DNA of 64,000 bases, from NCBI GenBank assembly GCA_033763735.1, contig JANRJY010000104.1, forward strand, positions 7,738 to 71,737, given 5' to 3'. The notes below the pieces were generated by a model that ran no database searches, was not told where the DNA came from, and worked only from the letters and a program-made list of their open reading frames with translations. Shown here in pieces: positions 46,450-57,300 of this stretch (within the stretch, counting starts at the first letter, position 1; the number at the start of each line of letters is the position of its first letter). Source of the stretch: Bacteroidota bacterium. Lineage in GTDB: Bacteria > Bacteroidota > Bacteroidia > Cytophagales > UBA9547. The position numbers and the translations under genes were made by a program.

Positions 46450-48480
46450 CTATTGGATTAATATTCTTTTATTGATGGTAGATTGATTATCGACCCATTG
46501 AACTGTATATACACCTTTGGGCAAAACTTTAACTTCAAACATATTTTGATTGTTTTTCAAAACTTCAAATACATTTCCTAAGGTATTTATCAAATACACT
46601 TTATCAATATCCTGAGAATTACCGATTAATTCAAAAGATTGCGTGCAAGGATTTGGAACAATATTATACGATTTATAAGATGAATTACTTACTACGAATT
46701 CTGTTAATATTGGTGCAGGAACAGTTATCACTGGTTCAACGATATTTTTGCCAACTACATATGGATTTAAAATACTTAAAACTGAAAGCTTCATTGAATT
46801 AAATCCTGCTACCTGACGAGGTTGTTGAGAGCCATCCCCTCTTGAAGTAGTAGTAGAAAATCCAAAAGTAGTACTGTCATTTTTGAGAATAACCACCGGA
46901 TTATACCCTTCTGAAGTGATAACTGCCTGTTTATTTGTGTTTATAGCATATTTAAATATCGAATTCCCATTAATCCAAACACCATGTGCAATAGTATCTT
47001 TGAGCATAAAATAAGGTACAGAACTTGAGGCGTTTTCAAACATAATGCTACTTGAAAATGCATTAGGAAAAATGTAAAATGACCTAAGCAGCTGTAAACC
47101 CTTTGTAGTACTTAAATTCCCAAAGTAAGCTGCATCCTGTCCAAGGTAATTATCACTTACAACGGTCTTACCTACAAACCTTCCTGTGCCTCCTACAAAG
47201 CCCAAAATTGCTCCCGGCTGACGAATAGCACTATCGAGTATTTTTCCGGCTTTTCCGGAAGCTAAATAGGTACTCAAAGTTGCAAAGGAAGAAATATCTG
47301 CAAACATAATTTTCCGAGCTTTTCGAATTTTTGAAGTAATATCATTAGAATCTGCTACCGATAATCGGGCTATGTTTACTGAAGTTGCAGATTGCGCAAG
47401 CATGGCTTCTGAAAATTGTTTTCCTGAAATTGTATTGGTGGTTATTATCATTATAGGATGATATACAAATCCTGTTTTTTGAACGATTTGATTGACAAAT
47501 ACGGTATTTGCAGCAGCTCCCTCAATACCACTAATTAAAATAGTTCCTGCAAATGTTTCTGTGCTATTTGTAGCAATATTTACCCCTAAAGTCGAAGGTT
47601 TAGTGACAATATTGGTTTTAAAATTATACTTCCAACCATTAAGCAATTGCGATACTTGCAAGGAATCGGTATAAAATGCAGAACCTGAAATTGAATATGG
47701 ATTTAACTTTTTTGAACCATGCTTGTATACGTGTATAGCGCCTGTACCAAAAGCCAGGCCAACCTCATTAGTATCAATACCCATTGCAGTAAGGTCATGC
47801 ACACCCACACCTCCAATCATCTGATTTCGAGTAAGTTTCCAATTGGCTAAAAAGGTGATTAATCGACCAAACCTTCCTCTTTCATTAAAATGTGAATCGA
47901 AAATGTAACCCGGGAATAGCGCAAAAAAATCATTCGCCAAAGTGATATTGGTATTATAGACATTATTTAATGCCTGATCGGAAGTTATCGATGCATCCAA
48001 CGCATTATATATCACTCCTGAAAGTATATGTAATCCTGCCGAAGTGCCTGCAATAACACCACCATCGTTAAACTTATCTTTAACAGCTTGCATCAAAAAG
48101 GTATTTTTATAAAAAGTATAATATTGCGATTGATCACCGCCTCGGAAAAAAATAACATCATACGTCATAAGTGAATCGTAAGTCGATTGAATATTGGCTG
48201 CGCTTACAGAACCAAATGTGAAATTTTTGGCTGCAACAGCTCCCAATTGAATAAAATAATTTGGCAACCAAGTTGGATCGGAAGGTGCAGAAACACCAAT
48301 GATAGCTACTTTTTTGTTTGTAGACTGATCCAATGCCCATTGATATGGTGCATTGCTCCAAGCTCCTGAATTGTTACGTTCAGAACCACCACCCACAATC
48401 AACAACTTGCCTTTCATAGCAAATAGCTCATTTGTAAGCATGTTTAGACAAAAAATTAGCATGATGATATTTTTTATCAT
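46450..48480 (-). CDS. T9SS-exported protein with one intact and one degenerate S51 (cyanophycinase-like) domain
   Basis: Domain 1 has LLIVGGGSE, IFFRGGDQSQY, IAGTSAGLHILSG and IFDSHFNERGRFGRLITFLA. Domain 2 is colinear but reads GFVGGTGRFVGK and YIFPNAFSSS, so the Ser and His are lost. The CTD is YNIVPNPCTQSFEL...KGVYTVQWV (46453-46668). Start set at the ATG at 48480 because a terminator hairpin overlaps the track start at 48516. Confidence 0.75.
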   Translation of the reverse strand: MIKNIIMLIFCLNMLTNELFAMKGKLLIVGGGSERNNSGAWSNAPYQWALDQSTNKKVAIIGVSAPSDPTWLPNYFIQLGAVAAKNFTFGSVSAANIQSTYDSLMTYDVIFFRGGDQSQYYTFYKNTFLMQAVKDKFNDGGVIAGTSAGLHILSGVIYNALDASITSDQALNNVYNTNITLANDFFALFPGYIFDSHFNERGRFGRLITFLANWKLTRNQMIGGVGVHDLTAMGIDTNEVGLAFGTGAIHVYKHGSKKLNPYSISGSAFYTDSLQVSQLLNGWKYNFKTNIVTKPSTLGVNIATNSTETFAGTILISGIEGAAANTVFVNQIVQKTGFVYHPIMIITTNTISGKQFSEAMLAQSATSVNIARLSVADSNDITSKIRKARKIMFADISSFATLSTYLASGKAGKILDSAIRQPGAILGFVGGTGRFVGKTVVSDNYLGQDAAYFGNLSTTKGLQLLRSFYIFPNAFSSSIMFENASSSVPYFMLKDTIAHGVWINGNSIFKYAINTNKQAVITSEGYNPVVILKNDSTTFGFSTTTSRGDGSQQPRQVAGFNSMKLSVLSILNPYVVGKNIVEPVITVPAPILTEFVVSNSSYKSYNIVPNPCTQSFELIGNSQDIDKVYLINTLGNVFEVLKNNQNMFEVKVLPKGVYTVQWVDNQSTINKRILIQ

Positions 48481-48502
48481 CGAAATTGAACTTCTTAAAG
48501 AT

Positions 48503-48538
48503 TTAATTAAAAACATTCGGGAACGAAAGGTTCCCGAA
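48503..48538 (-). terminator. Rho-independent terminator after the 1437-aa surface-protein gene
   Basis: Perfect 9-bp stem TTCGGGAAC / GTTCCCGAA with a 5-nt loop at 48516-48538. On the minus strand it is followed by TGTTTTTAATT. It starts 17 nt after the stop at 48555. Confidence 0.7.
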
Positions 48539-48554
48539 TGTGGATTTATTTAAC

Positions 48555-51500
48555 TTATTTAATGATCAGCTTGGTAGTAAGCACATTAGATGCCGTTACT
48601 ACTTTTACAATGTAAATCCCGGCTGGTAATTCAGCTACAGAAATCGGTACCAATTGAGTGCCTGCTTCTAAAGACAACTCTTTAGTAAGCGCAACTTCTC
48701 CCGTAACACTTATAAAACTCACCACCGAAGTACCACTTGCACTGTTGAACGATAATGTTGCAGCACCTGTGGTTGGGTTGGGGTAGATGGAAAGGTTCGG
48801 TTTAGAGCCCACACTATGTTCTTCAACAGAAGTAACATCTGAGGAAGTAACCAATATATTATCAAAACCAATTCTATCACCACCTGGAGATGGGGTTACT
48901 AAACGCAATGCAAAATATACCGATTGATTATTAAACGTAGTCGGAAGACTTACAGAATACGTTATTGGCACAGTAAGCGCTGTAAATGTAGCAGAGTCCG
49001 GATAGTTAACTAATCCTTCAGCTTTCATCGTAAATGCTTCCCAATCAGCTGTATTTAGGGTTGAACCCGGTTCATTTAACGAAAACAATAATTGAAATTT
49101 ATCTTCAAAATTTCCACTTGAGGTAAATGACATACCTTGTACCGAAAGCTTTAGGTTATTTCCTGTTAAAGATATTTTAGGCGTAACTAACCATCTATCA
49201 GCAGTAGGATTGAGTAAAGGGTCATTATCAAAGTACGAAGTTGTATAAGCTACAAAATTTGAATCTGGAAATGATGAACCTGAATTATCATAAAAGAATG
49301 TTTTATTTTCAGTTGGAATCAAATCTTCAAGCAAAGCGACATATCCTCTTTGTCTGATTCTTCTAATTACATAAGCATTTGTTCCATAATCGGAATAAAA
49401 TGAAGGGATTGCTGTTTTACCATCACGGTTATACATTGTCATACCTGCGGGTAAAGCAGGATTTGCTTGCCCTGCAACTTTAATAGTTTTTTCAAAATCC
49501 TCCTTGTAAAGCACTTTTAAACCTGACAAAGGATTTGGTAAAACAGAAAAGATAGATGAAGTAACTGTAGCAATTCCAGCAGCCGCAATGTTAATTCCGA
49601 CTAAAGTTTCTGCTTTGGAATAAGTGATTCCTTTCAAATCGATAACTGTATCAACTCTTGCAATTGCAGTTCCTGATAATGTACCACCTAAAGTTCCAGT
49701 TCCTTGTGCCAAAGAAACACTTAATGGCGTATTTGACAGAACATAAGCACCTTCGCCATCCGCATCTACCAATTTTATCCTAACTGTTATGGGGCTGCCT
49801 ACAATTATACTTCCTGCAGGAAACACACCTAAAATGGCAACATTGGTAGCTATTTTACCAACTGTAAAAGCAGTACTTGCTGGGGAAGCTGTTAAAGCAT
49901 CTCCAGAAGTTGCAGTTGCAACTAATGTTAGATTTTGATCAACTTGGCTATATAACAATCCTGTAAAGGTAATACTAGATTGGCCAGAAGCCATTGATAA
50001 TGAAGTTGTTCCTGTTAAATTTCCGGTTCCGCCTGAGATTGCCAAAGAAATATTTGTTGCATTAGTTACAACTCCTGGATTATTGCTATTATTTAATGCT
50101 TGAACAACAACTCCAAATGTACGACCAGGCAAAATTTTAGTTCCACCAATTGGAAAAACATTAGTGATACTTAATTTCGTTGCACCAACAAATGGAATCA
50201 CATTAAATGTAGAAGTACCTGCGGAAAGAAATGCTTGTCCGATTGCCGTAGTATAAACGGTTAAAGTAATCCCACTTGCTGAAATACTATACTTCAAATC
50301 AGTTAATGTAATACTAGATGTTCCTGCTCCTAAAGTTGTTGTTATGGTACCAGACAAAACCCCTGAACCATTAGCCGAAAGTGATAGACCTGTTGCGGAA
50401 CTAACTGGATAAACAACACCATATTCGTTTTGTGATTCAACAGTTGCACTAAAGTTAAACCCAGCTGTCGGCGATGCAGGTGAAATATTTTTCAAAACCA
50501 ATTTTGAAGCTTTTTTAGAAGCAATTTCAATATTATCTAACGCAAATGACAAGTAATCTGTTAATGCCAAATCACTTGATTGGAAAGTTATCCATCTTAC
50601 TTGAACAAGAGGTTGGTTGTTTGCTGCTGCGGGCAAATATCCCACAAAAGTAGTTACTTGGTCAATTACAGTTCCGGTAGTATACGTTGTGTTATTTACA
50701 GTTGTCCATCCCGCTACACTTCCAACCCTGTACTGCAATGCAAGATATCCTGTGGTTGTTGTAACACTTTGAGATACCGTAGAATAATTTTCAACAAGTT
50801 GCACTTCATATTTATAAGATAAATCAGTTTTACCAGTGGTATTCAACGAAAGTACATTTTGGAATGTACGTGAACCTAAACTAATATTAAGTTTCACATC
50901 AGATCCATTATTATAGTTTTGAGGTCCTAAGCCATTATTTGCATGTCCGGTTAGAGTGCTGGTACATCTGGTAATATTACTGATAGCTCCTTGATAATTA
51001 CGTAGGGTGTATGAGCCATCTGTAATGGCAATTGCATCTGAAAGTGTTGATTTCCAACTTGCACTACCTGCACGGTAAAACTTCATTCCTAACACAGTAT
51101 TAGTTCCGGCTGCAATAGGTGTAGAGCCAAAATTTTGCACATATGGCAATGCCACAGGAGCATCCGGATCAGAAGCTAAAATGTCAAATGTTGCAGAGGT
51201 GGCATTCGTTAGCAGATCACCACTGGTCCGATTAGCAGAAATAGTAATGCCTACATTTGCAGAAGAATAACTTATTCCCGTAACGGTCAATCTTGAATTA
51301 CCTCCAGTTATAGTGTAATTAGTTGCACCTGTAAAACCTAAACCAGTACTTGAAAGAGAAAAAACAGTATTTGACAATACTGGTACTTCAATATCTCCCG
51401 GATTTTTGGATGAAACTATTACGGTTAAAGGAGTTCCTATTAATTTTAAAGCTGGTGATACAGATTCAACCATCAATTTTGATGCAGGAGCAGGAATATT

Positions 51501-52868
51501 GTCTCCTGTAACGGATATATTTCCAATAGAAAAACTCAAAAAATTGGCAACGGTTTCAGATGGATATGCCAACCAACGAAGTTGCACTTTTGATAAATTT
51601 TCAGCTACTCCAGGCAAAGTTAAGTTAACATAAGATGTTATTTGACCGGTAAGTTTGCCACTTGAACTATAAAATGCACCCGGAATAGTTGAAAAAGAAG
51701 CGTAATTATCTGTACGATATTGAAAATATCCATATCCAGTAATAGATGATACCGATTCAACTTCCAGTTGAGTAACATCAAAAGATAGTTTAATATTTCT
51801 CCAACCTGAAGTATTTAAAGCAACAATATATCCTGCACTTCTATTAAAGAGACTAGCCAATACACCATAATAACCTGGTGTAGTAACTACATGTAAAGTA
51901 CTGGCTGTATTGGTACCGCCAGATGTTAGGATAGAAATATCATAATCTGGTGGGGATAGTGTTCTGTTTGTCATAGATGTAGTATTAGCAGTGACAAAGT
52001 CAAAAGCACCTAAAGCCCCTGTTCTAAAGCCTGCAAACCCTGCCGGGAAACCTGTTACATTGGAAAATGTACTGAAATTTTGTACATAAGGAAGTGGTTG
52101 AGGTGCAATTGTTGAAAAAGGAATAACTGTGCCGGTCACACTTATATTATCAAAAGAAAAACTGATATAATTTGTAACCGCCTCTGATGAAAATGTAAGC
52201 CATCTTAATAATACATTTGGTTTATCAGCTACCGGTACATTTGGCAATTGTAAATTAGAAAATGAAGTTTTTGTGCCTGGTGTTAACCCAGATGTGGAAT
52301 AAAATGAACCAGGTACGGTAGCAAATCCCGTAATACCAGGCACACTGTATTCTAAATATGCAAAACCCAATACACTTGAAATTGATTCTTGCTCCAATAT
52401 AGTAATGTCGTATGAAACTCTTAAATCTTGGATTCCTGTGGCATTCACTGCACTTACAAATCCGGCAGCTCTGTTAAAAACACTAATAGCCAAGCTATTA
52501 CCTGACCCACTTCCAGTAATTAAATGTATGGTACTCGTGGTTACTCCTGTACCTGCAGCAGTTATGGTTGCATAATCAATAACTGACGAAATAACTCTGT
52601 CAGAAGCTGTTGCTGCTGAAGCTACAGAATAGGTAAAGGATGCAAGCGCTCCAGTTCTAAAACCTTGAATGCCGATTGGGTATGTCAATGCAGAAGAAGC
52701 ATCAAAGTCCTGCAAGTAAGGTACTGCCTGTGGAGTGGGGTACGTTTGTGCAAATGTATTCACTGAAAATGTAAATAATACAAACGTGCAAATAAATTTG
52801 CTAAGTAGTGAATAAGACCAACCTTTGAGGTTTGGAATGGTTTTGAGGTAGAAGTAACTATTTTTCAT
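48555..52868 (-). CDS. Large (1437 aa) T9SS-sorted cell-surface protein: three N-terminal repeats of about 200 aa, an Ig-like array, a choice-of-anchor-J-like domain and a CTD
   Basis: Three repeats begin (A/L)(V/L)PY(L/V)Q(D/N)F and end ...(L/V)(R/Q)(W/V)(L/R)W...SF(S/A)(F/I/L)(D/G)NI(S/E). The C-terminal domain has DRWLVTPKISL...YFALRLV...IGFDNILVTS. The CTD is LSIYPNPTTGAATL...AGIYIVKVV (48558-48794). Confidence 0.8.
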   Translation of the reverse strand: MKNSYFYLKTIPNLKGWSYSLLSKFICTFVLFTFSVNTFAQTYPTPQAVPYLQDFDASSALTYPIGIQGFRTGALASFTYSVASAATASDRVISSVIDYATITAAGTGVTTSTIHLITGSGSGNSLAISVFNRAAGFVSAVNATGIQDLRVSYDITILEQESISSVLGFAYLEYSVPGITGFATVPGSFYSTSGLTPGTKTSFSNLQLPNVPVADKPNVLLRWLTFSSEAVTNYISFSFDNISVTGTVIPFSTIAPQPLPYVQNFSTFSNVTGFPAGFAGFRTGALGAFDFVTANTTSMTNRTLSPPDYDISILTSGGTNTASTLHVVTTPGYYGVLASLFNRSAGYIVALNTSGWRNIKLSFDVTQLEVESVSSITGYGYFQYRTDNYASFSTIPGAFYSSSGKLTGQITSYVNLTLPGVAENLSKVQLRWLAYPSETVANFLSFSIGNISVTGDNIPAPASKLMVESVSPALKLIGTPLTVIVSSKNPGDIEVPVLSNTVFSLSSTGLGFTGATNYTITGGNSRLTVTGISYSSANVGITISANRTSGDLLTNATSATFDILASDPDAPVALPYVQNFGSTPIAAGTNTVLGMKFYRAGSASWKSTLSDAIAITDGSYTLRNYQGAISNITRCTSTLTGHANNGLGPQNYNNGSDVKLNISLGSRTFQNVLSLNTTGKTDLSYKYEVQLVENYSTVSQSVTTTTGYLALQYRVGSVAGWTTVNNTTYTTGTVIDQVTTFVGYLPAAANNQPLVQVRWITFQSSDLALTDYLSFALDNIEIASKKASKLVLKNISPASPTAGFNFSATVESQNEYGVVYPVSSATGLSLSANGSGVLSGTITTTLGAGTSSITLTDLKYSISASGITLTVYTTAIGQAFLSAGTSTFNVIPFVGATKLSITNVFPIGGTKILPGRTFGVVVQALNNSNNPGVVTNATNISLAISGGTGNLTGTTSLSMASGQSSITFTGLLYSQVDQNLTLVATATSGDALTASPASTAFTVGKIATNVAILGVFPAGSIIVGSPITVRIKLVDADGEGAYVLSNTPLSVSLAQGTGTLGGTLSGTAIARVDTVIDLKGITYSKAETLVGINIAAAGIATVTSSIFSVLPNPLSGLKVLYKEDFEKTIKVAGQANPALPAGMTMYNRDGKTAIPSFYSDYGTNAYVIRRIRQRGYVALLEDLIPTENKTFFYDNSGSSFPDSNFVAYTTSYFDNDPLLNPTADRWLVTPKISLTGNNLKLSVQGMSFTSSGNFEDKFQLLFSLNEPGSTLNTADWEAFTMKAEGLVNYPDSATFTALTVPITYSVSLPTTFNNQSVYFALRLVTPSPGGDRIGFDNILVTSSDVTSVEEHSVGSKPNLSIYPNPTTGAATLSFNSASGTSVVSFISVTGEVALTKELSLEAGTQLVPISVAELPAGIYIVKVVTASNVLTTKLIIK

Positions 52869-52894
52869 TTTACTAAGGGTTTATTTTTAATTAA

Positions 52895-54319
52895 TTAAGG
52901 CTTTGCATCCCACCAAAATCTATCAAATATTGAATAATCCGGTGGAATATTTTGAAGTCTTTGACTGACTTCTCTTGATGAATATTGAAGTCTTCTTGGC
53001 ATTTGATTTCCACTTCTGATTTTTATTTCAGGCAATCCAGCAATACCCGATATGTATTTTTCTGTACGTCTGTAATCATTCCAGGTTTCTGATTGCAAAA
53101 ACAAGGCAATATATTTTTGTTGAAATATTTTTTTCCATACTTCTTCGTCAGTCAACAAACCAATATTACTTTGGCTTGTCGCATATTTACTTAGTATTGA
53201 ATCTGGCAGAGCTTTAACCAAATTATTCTCTGACGGATCAGACGAACCTACCTCCGTTTTGCATACTCTTTCTAATGATGCTTGAATTGCATTTTTAAAT
53301 ATAGGTTTTGCACTCAATTTGCCAGTGGTTTTCATTTCAATTTCCGTTTGCATGAAAAGACATTCTTCATAAGTCAATAATGGAAAACTTGAATTAGCCA
53401 TTGCATAAAAAGGTCCGTACTTTGCTCTTGTTCCTGTCAATAAACTTTTTTTAATCTGTGCATAAAAGTCTTTTCTAGGATCGTTTAACGTAAGTAATAA
53501 ATCTGCAAACACAGGGTCCACTTCGGTTTCAAGTGTACCTGTTCGTTCAAGATACAAGGGTGCCAAATTTCCAGTTTGTCCCTGCTCAAAGGTTATAAAG
53601 CAATTGTCTGAATTAGATGTAAGTGAGAGCGCCAAAGCTGATTTAGCCTGCTCATAAGCTTGCGAATTGACCTTAATTGTATGCAAATAATATCTTGCTT
53701 TAAGGCCATAAGCCACTTTAATCCATTTACTTACATCTCCTTTGAAAATCAAATCATCTGAGCCTGGTTTTTTACCTTCAACAGGATTAGTTAAATCATT
53801 AATTCCTTCATCGAGCATTTTTTGAATACTTGCATAAATATTTTCTTGCGAATCAAAAATTGGAAATTGATATTTAGCTGCCTCAAATGCTTGTGAAAAA
53901 GGAACATCACCATAAATAGAAGTAGTAGTTCCGATTGCAGAGGCCATTAAAATTTTAGCAATCCCTCTGTAATGACTTTGCTTATCAGCATTTGCTCTTT
54001 CAATCAATTGATAGCCGCTATTCATTGCTAAATACAAATTTTCCCATAGCGAAATATTACTTCCGTCTGCCGGAGTAAAAATGTAATTATTTAAACCAAC
54101 CGGTCCATTTACATAAGTTACATAACCTGATACATTACCTATTCGCTTTACAATGCTTCCTCCAAGTGTTGAAAAATACAAATACTGAAATGTTGGCAAC
54201 CTGTATTCAACTGAAATTACATCGCTTGTCAAACTATTTGGATCAACATTCATAGATGAAAAATTGCATCCGTAAAAAAACATAATGAGTATTATTAAAA
54301 CCGAATTTGTTTTTTTCAT
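52895..54319 (-). CDS. susD: SusD/RagB family outer-membrane lipoprotein
   Basis: Lipoprotein signal MKKTNSVLIILIMFFYGC. SusD-type helical body with ETWNDYRRTEKY near the C-terminus. The ATG at 54319 lies 1 nt after the susC stop. Confidence 0.85.
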   Translation of the reverse strand: MKKTNSVLIILIMFFYGCNFSSMNVDPNSLTSDVISVEYRLPTFQYLYFSTLGGSIVKRIGNVSGYVTYVNGPVGLNNYIFTPADGSNISLWENLYLAMNSGYQLIERANADKQSHYRGIAKILMASAIGTTTSIYGDVPFSQAFEAAKYQFPIFDSQENIYASIQKMLDEGINDLTNPVEGKKPGSDDLIFKGDVSKWIKVAYGLKARYYLHTIKVNSQAYEQAKSALALSLTSNSDNCFITFEQGQTGNLAPLYLERTGTLETEVDPVFADLLLTLNDPRKDFYAQIKKSLLTGTRAKYGPFYAMANSSFPLLTYEECLFMQTEIEMKTTGKLSAKPIFKNAIQASLERVCKTEVGSSDPSENNLVKALPDSILSKYATSQSNIGLLTDEEVWKKIFQQKYIALFLQSETWNDYRRTEKYISGIAGLPEIKIRSGNQMPRRLQYSSREVSQRLQNIPPDYSIFDRFWWDAKP

Positions 54320-54320
54320 A

Positions 54321-57300
54321 TCAAAAAGTAGCATTTAATGTTAAGTGATAACTTCTGGTATTGGGCATATTGTATGCGTCTCGTCCAAAACTCGGGTCGT
54401 TGCCAGCTGCATTTGTTTCAGGATCCACACCGGAATATTTAGTAAACAAAAACAGATTTCGTGTTGCAAAAGTTATATTTAACTTTTTAAAATATGCTTT
54501 CGAAATGAGTTTTTCAGGAATAGCGTAGCTTAATGACATTTCTCGCAGCCTCACCCAGCTTGCATCTTCCATACCTCGTTCAGGTACATTTCCAAAATCG
54601 CCTCCTAAAGACCCATAGTAATCGCGATTGTATTTTATAGGTGTTTGATTTGGAGTTCCATTGGCATATACACTATTAGGTACAATAATATCCTGATCTC
54701 TATTTTCTGTTTCTTTATGGGTTCCCATAGCCAACATATTTAATTTAGTCAAATTAAAAACCTTGCCTCCTCTTCGAATATCCCAAAGCAACGAAAAAGT
54801 AAGCCCTTTCCAACTAACTGTATTTCGAATTCCTGAAAACCAATCCGGATAAGGGTTTCCAATTATGAAAGACTTTCCACCAAGAGGAGTTTCAATCATT
54901 GGCTTTCCAAGTGAATCGACTACAATAGGTAAATCTTCTCTAATTGTAAGATCATTAGGGTCTTGTCCATATCTTTTGAAACGACTTGCCCCAAATATCA
55001 TTCCGTATTGATATCCATTGGCTGCACCAGAAAAACCTTGTGTAAACCCTGCCACACCGCCTACTCTTTGATAATCATAAGTCATGCCATTAACTACAGA
55101 ACGCATGGATGTAAAATTTACGGATACATCCCAAGTAACAGCCTTTTTTATTGGGGTTCCATAAGCCATTATTTCTAATCCATTTGAGTTAATATATCCA
55201 TCATTAATAAGTGCGCGGGTATATCCCGTTGAAACAGGTACTTGTGCGTTTAATATTTGATCATAATTTCTTGTGTTATAATAAGTAATATCTATGCCAA
55301 GCCTATTTTTAAAAAACTTAGCCTCCGTTCCAAATTCATATGTAACTAATTGCTCTGGTCTTATTTCTCTATTTCCACTTTGTGTTTGGCTTACAAACAA
55401 ATTTTGATTTGAAAATCCATTCGTGAGTCCCCCAACCTGGTCGAAATATGTATTAGTTTGATAGGGTTTTGGAATATTGGCAGAAGATGCTACCGAAGCG
55501 CGAATCTTACCAAAACTAAACCAATTTGTTTTGTCAAGGTTAAAAGCATCAGTATATACAAAGGACAAATGTGCACCCGGTGTAAAATATGGTGAATACT
55601 TTTGCGAAAGTGTGGATGCCCATTCATATCTTCCTGTTAAATTAAGAAATAAATAATTTTTATATCCTATTTTTCCATCACCAAAAAACGCGAATATAGC
55701 TCTCCTGTAATCCGACCAACTTGGTTCAAATGATTTTTGGTCTGTAGCAACAAAGTCATTGAAATTTGCAAATAAATAGTCATAAGATTGTAGTCCTAAA
55801 ACCTCACTATTATTTAATACATAATTGTTTCCTATTCTGATTTCATAATCAAAATTTTTGCCTAATTTTCTTTGTGCATCCAAATAAAAATCAGTATTAA
55901 TATTTCTATTGAATTCTTGTGACTCATAAAAGGAACCTTTGTAGGATTGTTCTCTATGATTTTCGGCTGAAAATTTGCTATAATTTTCGTTAGTAGATCT
56001 GCCAAACGCATCTATCCCAACTCTACCTATGGCTTTTAACCATGGTCGTATTTCAATATCTGATTGTACAAATCCAATTATCCGATTTACACGTTCGGTG
56101 CTTACATTATTATTTACGGTAAAAAATGGATTATCAAAAACTGCATTTTTCTTTTGAGTACCATCCTCAAATTGATATGATGATGGCGTATTAACAGGAT
56201 CTGCAACTCCTCCAGAAATATCATAATCATTTGGACTACGAAATAATGAGACCACTGGCGAGGACCAATTACCACCTTTTCTCAATCGTGATGCTTCAGA
56301 ATAAGTATAAGTAGCCGAGGCAGTTAATTTCAGCCATTTATATAATTGATTGCTTCCGCTTAGTTTTACTGATGTTCTTTCAAACACTTGTTTGGGAATA
56401 ACGCCTTCTTGTCGGAAGTTACCAACAGATAAAAAGAAGTTTGAACTTTCAGTGCCACCTGAAAAACTTAAATAATTGTTTCTTTCCCAGCCTCTTGTAA
56501 AAAACTTGTTCATATTATTATATGGAGTAACGGGAGCCAAACTCGGATCGTCACTTTGAATAATATCACCTCTGCTATCCCATTTGGAAGGAATGCCATT
56601 ATAACGCAATCGGTCATAACTGGGGCCCCAACTTCTTGATTCAGCAGGGCTTCCTTGCCTTGAGTCAAATGGAGCAAATACACCATTATTTCCACCGGCA
56701 TATTTAGTTTGCAATTCGGGCAATTTGTTTACTTCGTGCATACCTACACTTGATGTAAAGTTGATAACTGTTTTGCCTGATTGTCCACTTTTAGTTGTGA
56801 TAAGAATTGCTCCATTTGCAGCCCTTATTCCATATAATGCTGCTGCTGAAGGTCCCTTCAGTACAGTTACACTAGCAATATCATCAGGGTTGATATCGAT
56901 TCCTCTATTTGCAGACTCTAAAGTGCGTGTATTATCCCCGCCACCATTGTCAATTGGTATCCCATCTACCACAATTAAAGTTTGATTATTACCATTTAAA
57001 GATGCATTCCCTCTTAATTGCATACGAGAAGCAGCACCTGGCGAACCGGAAGAAGCATTAACTTGAAGCCCTGCCACTTTTGAATTAAGGGAATTCATTA
57101 AGTTTCCTTCTTTAGAGTCTGTAATCTCTTGTGATTTAATTTCCTGTGCAGAAAAACCAATCTCCCTTTTTTCTCTTTTAATAGCTATTGAAGTCACCAA
57201 AACTTCTTCCATTTCTTTCACTTCCTCAGCAAGTGCTATATCATAGGTGGCTGAATTCCCGATGGTTACTTCTTGTGTTTTATAACCTAAAAACTGAAAT

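Noticed and set aside
45599-48480. Reading the S51 proteins as dipeptidase E (PepE, alpha-Asp-X dipeptidase)
   Set aside because: PepE is cytoplasmic and shorter. Both proteins here have export signals and the extended cyanophycinase-type motifs (GTSAG-x-x-(V/I)-(M/L), D-(Q/S)-H-F-x-x-R-x-R-x-x-R-L). Only a phylogeny or an assay can settle this.
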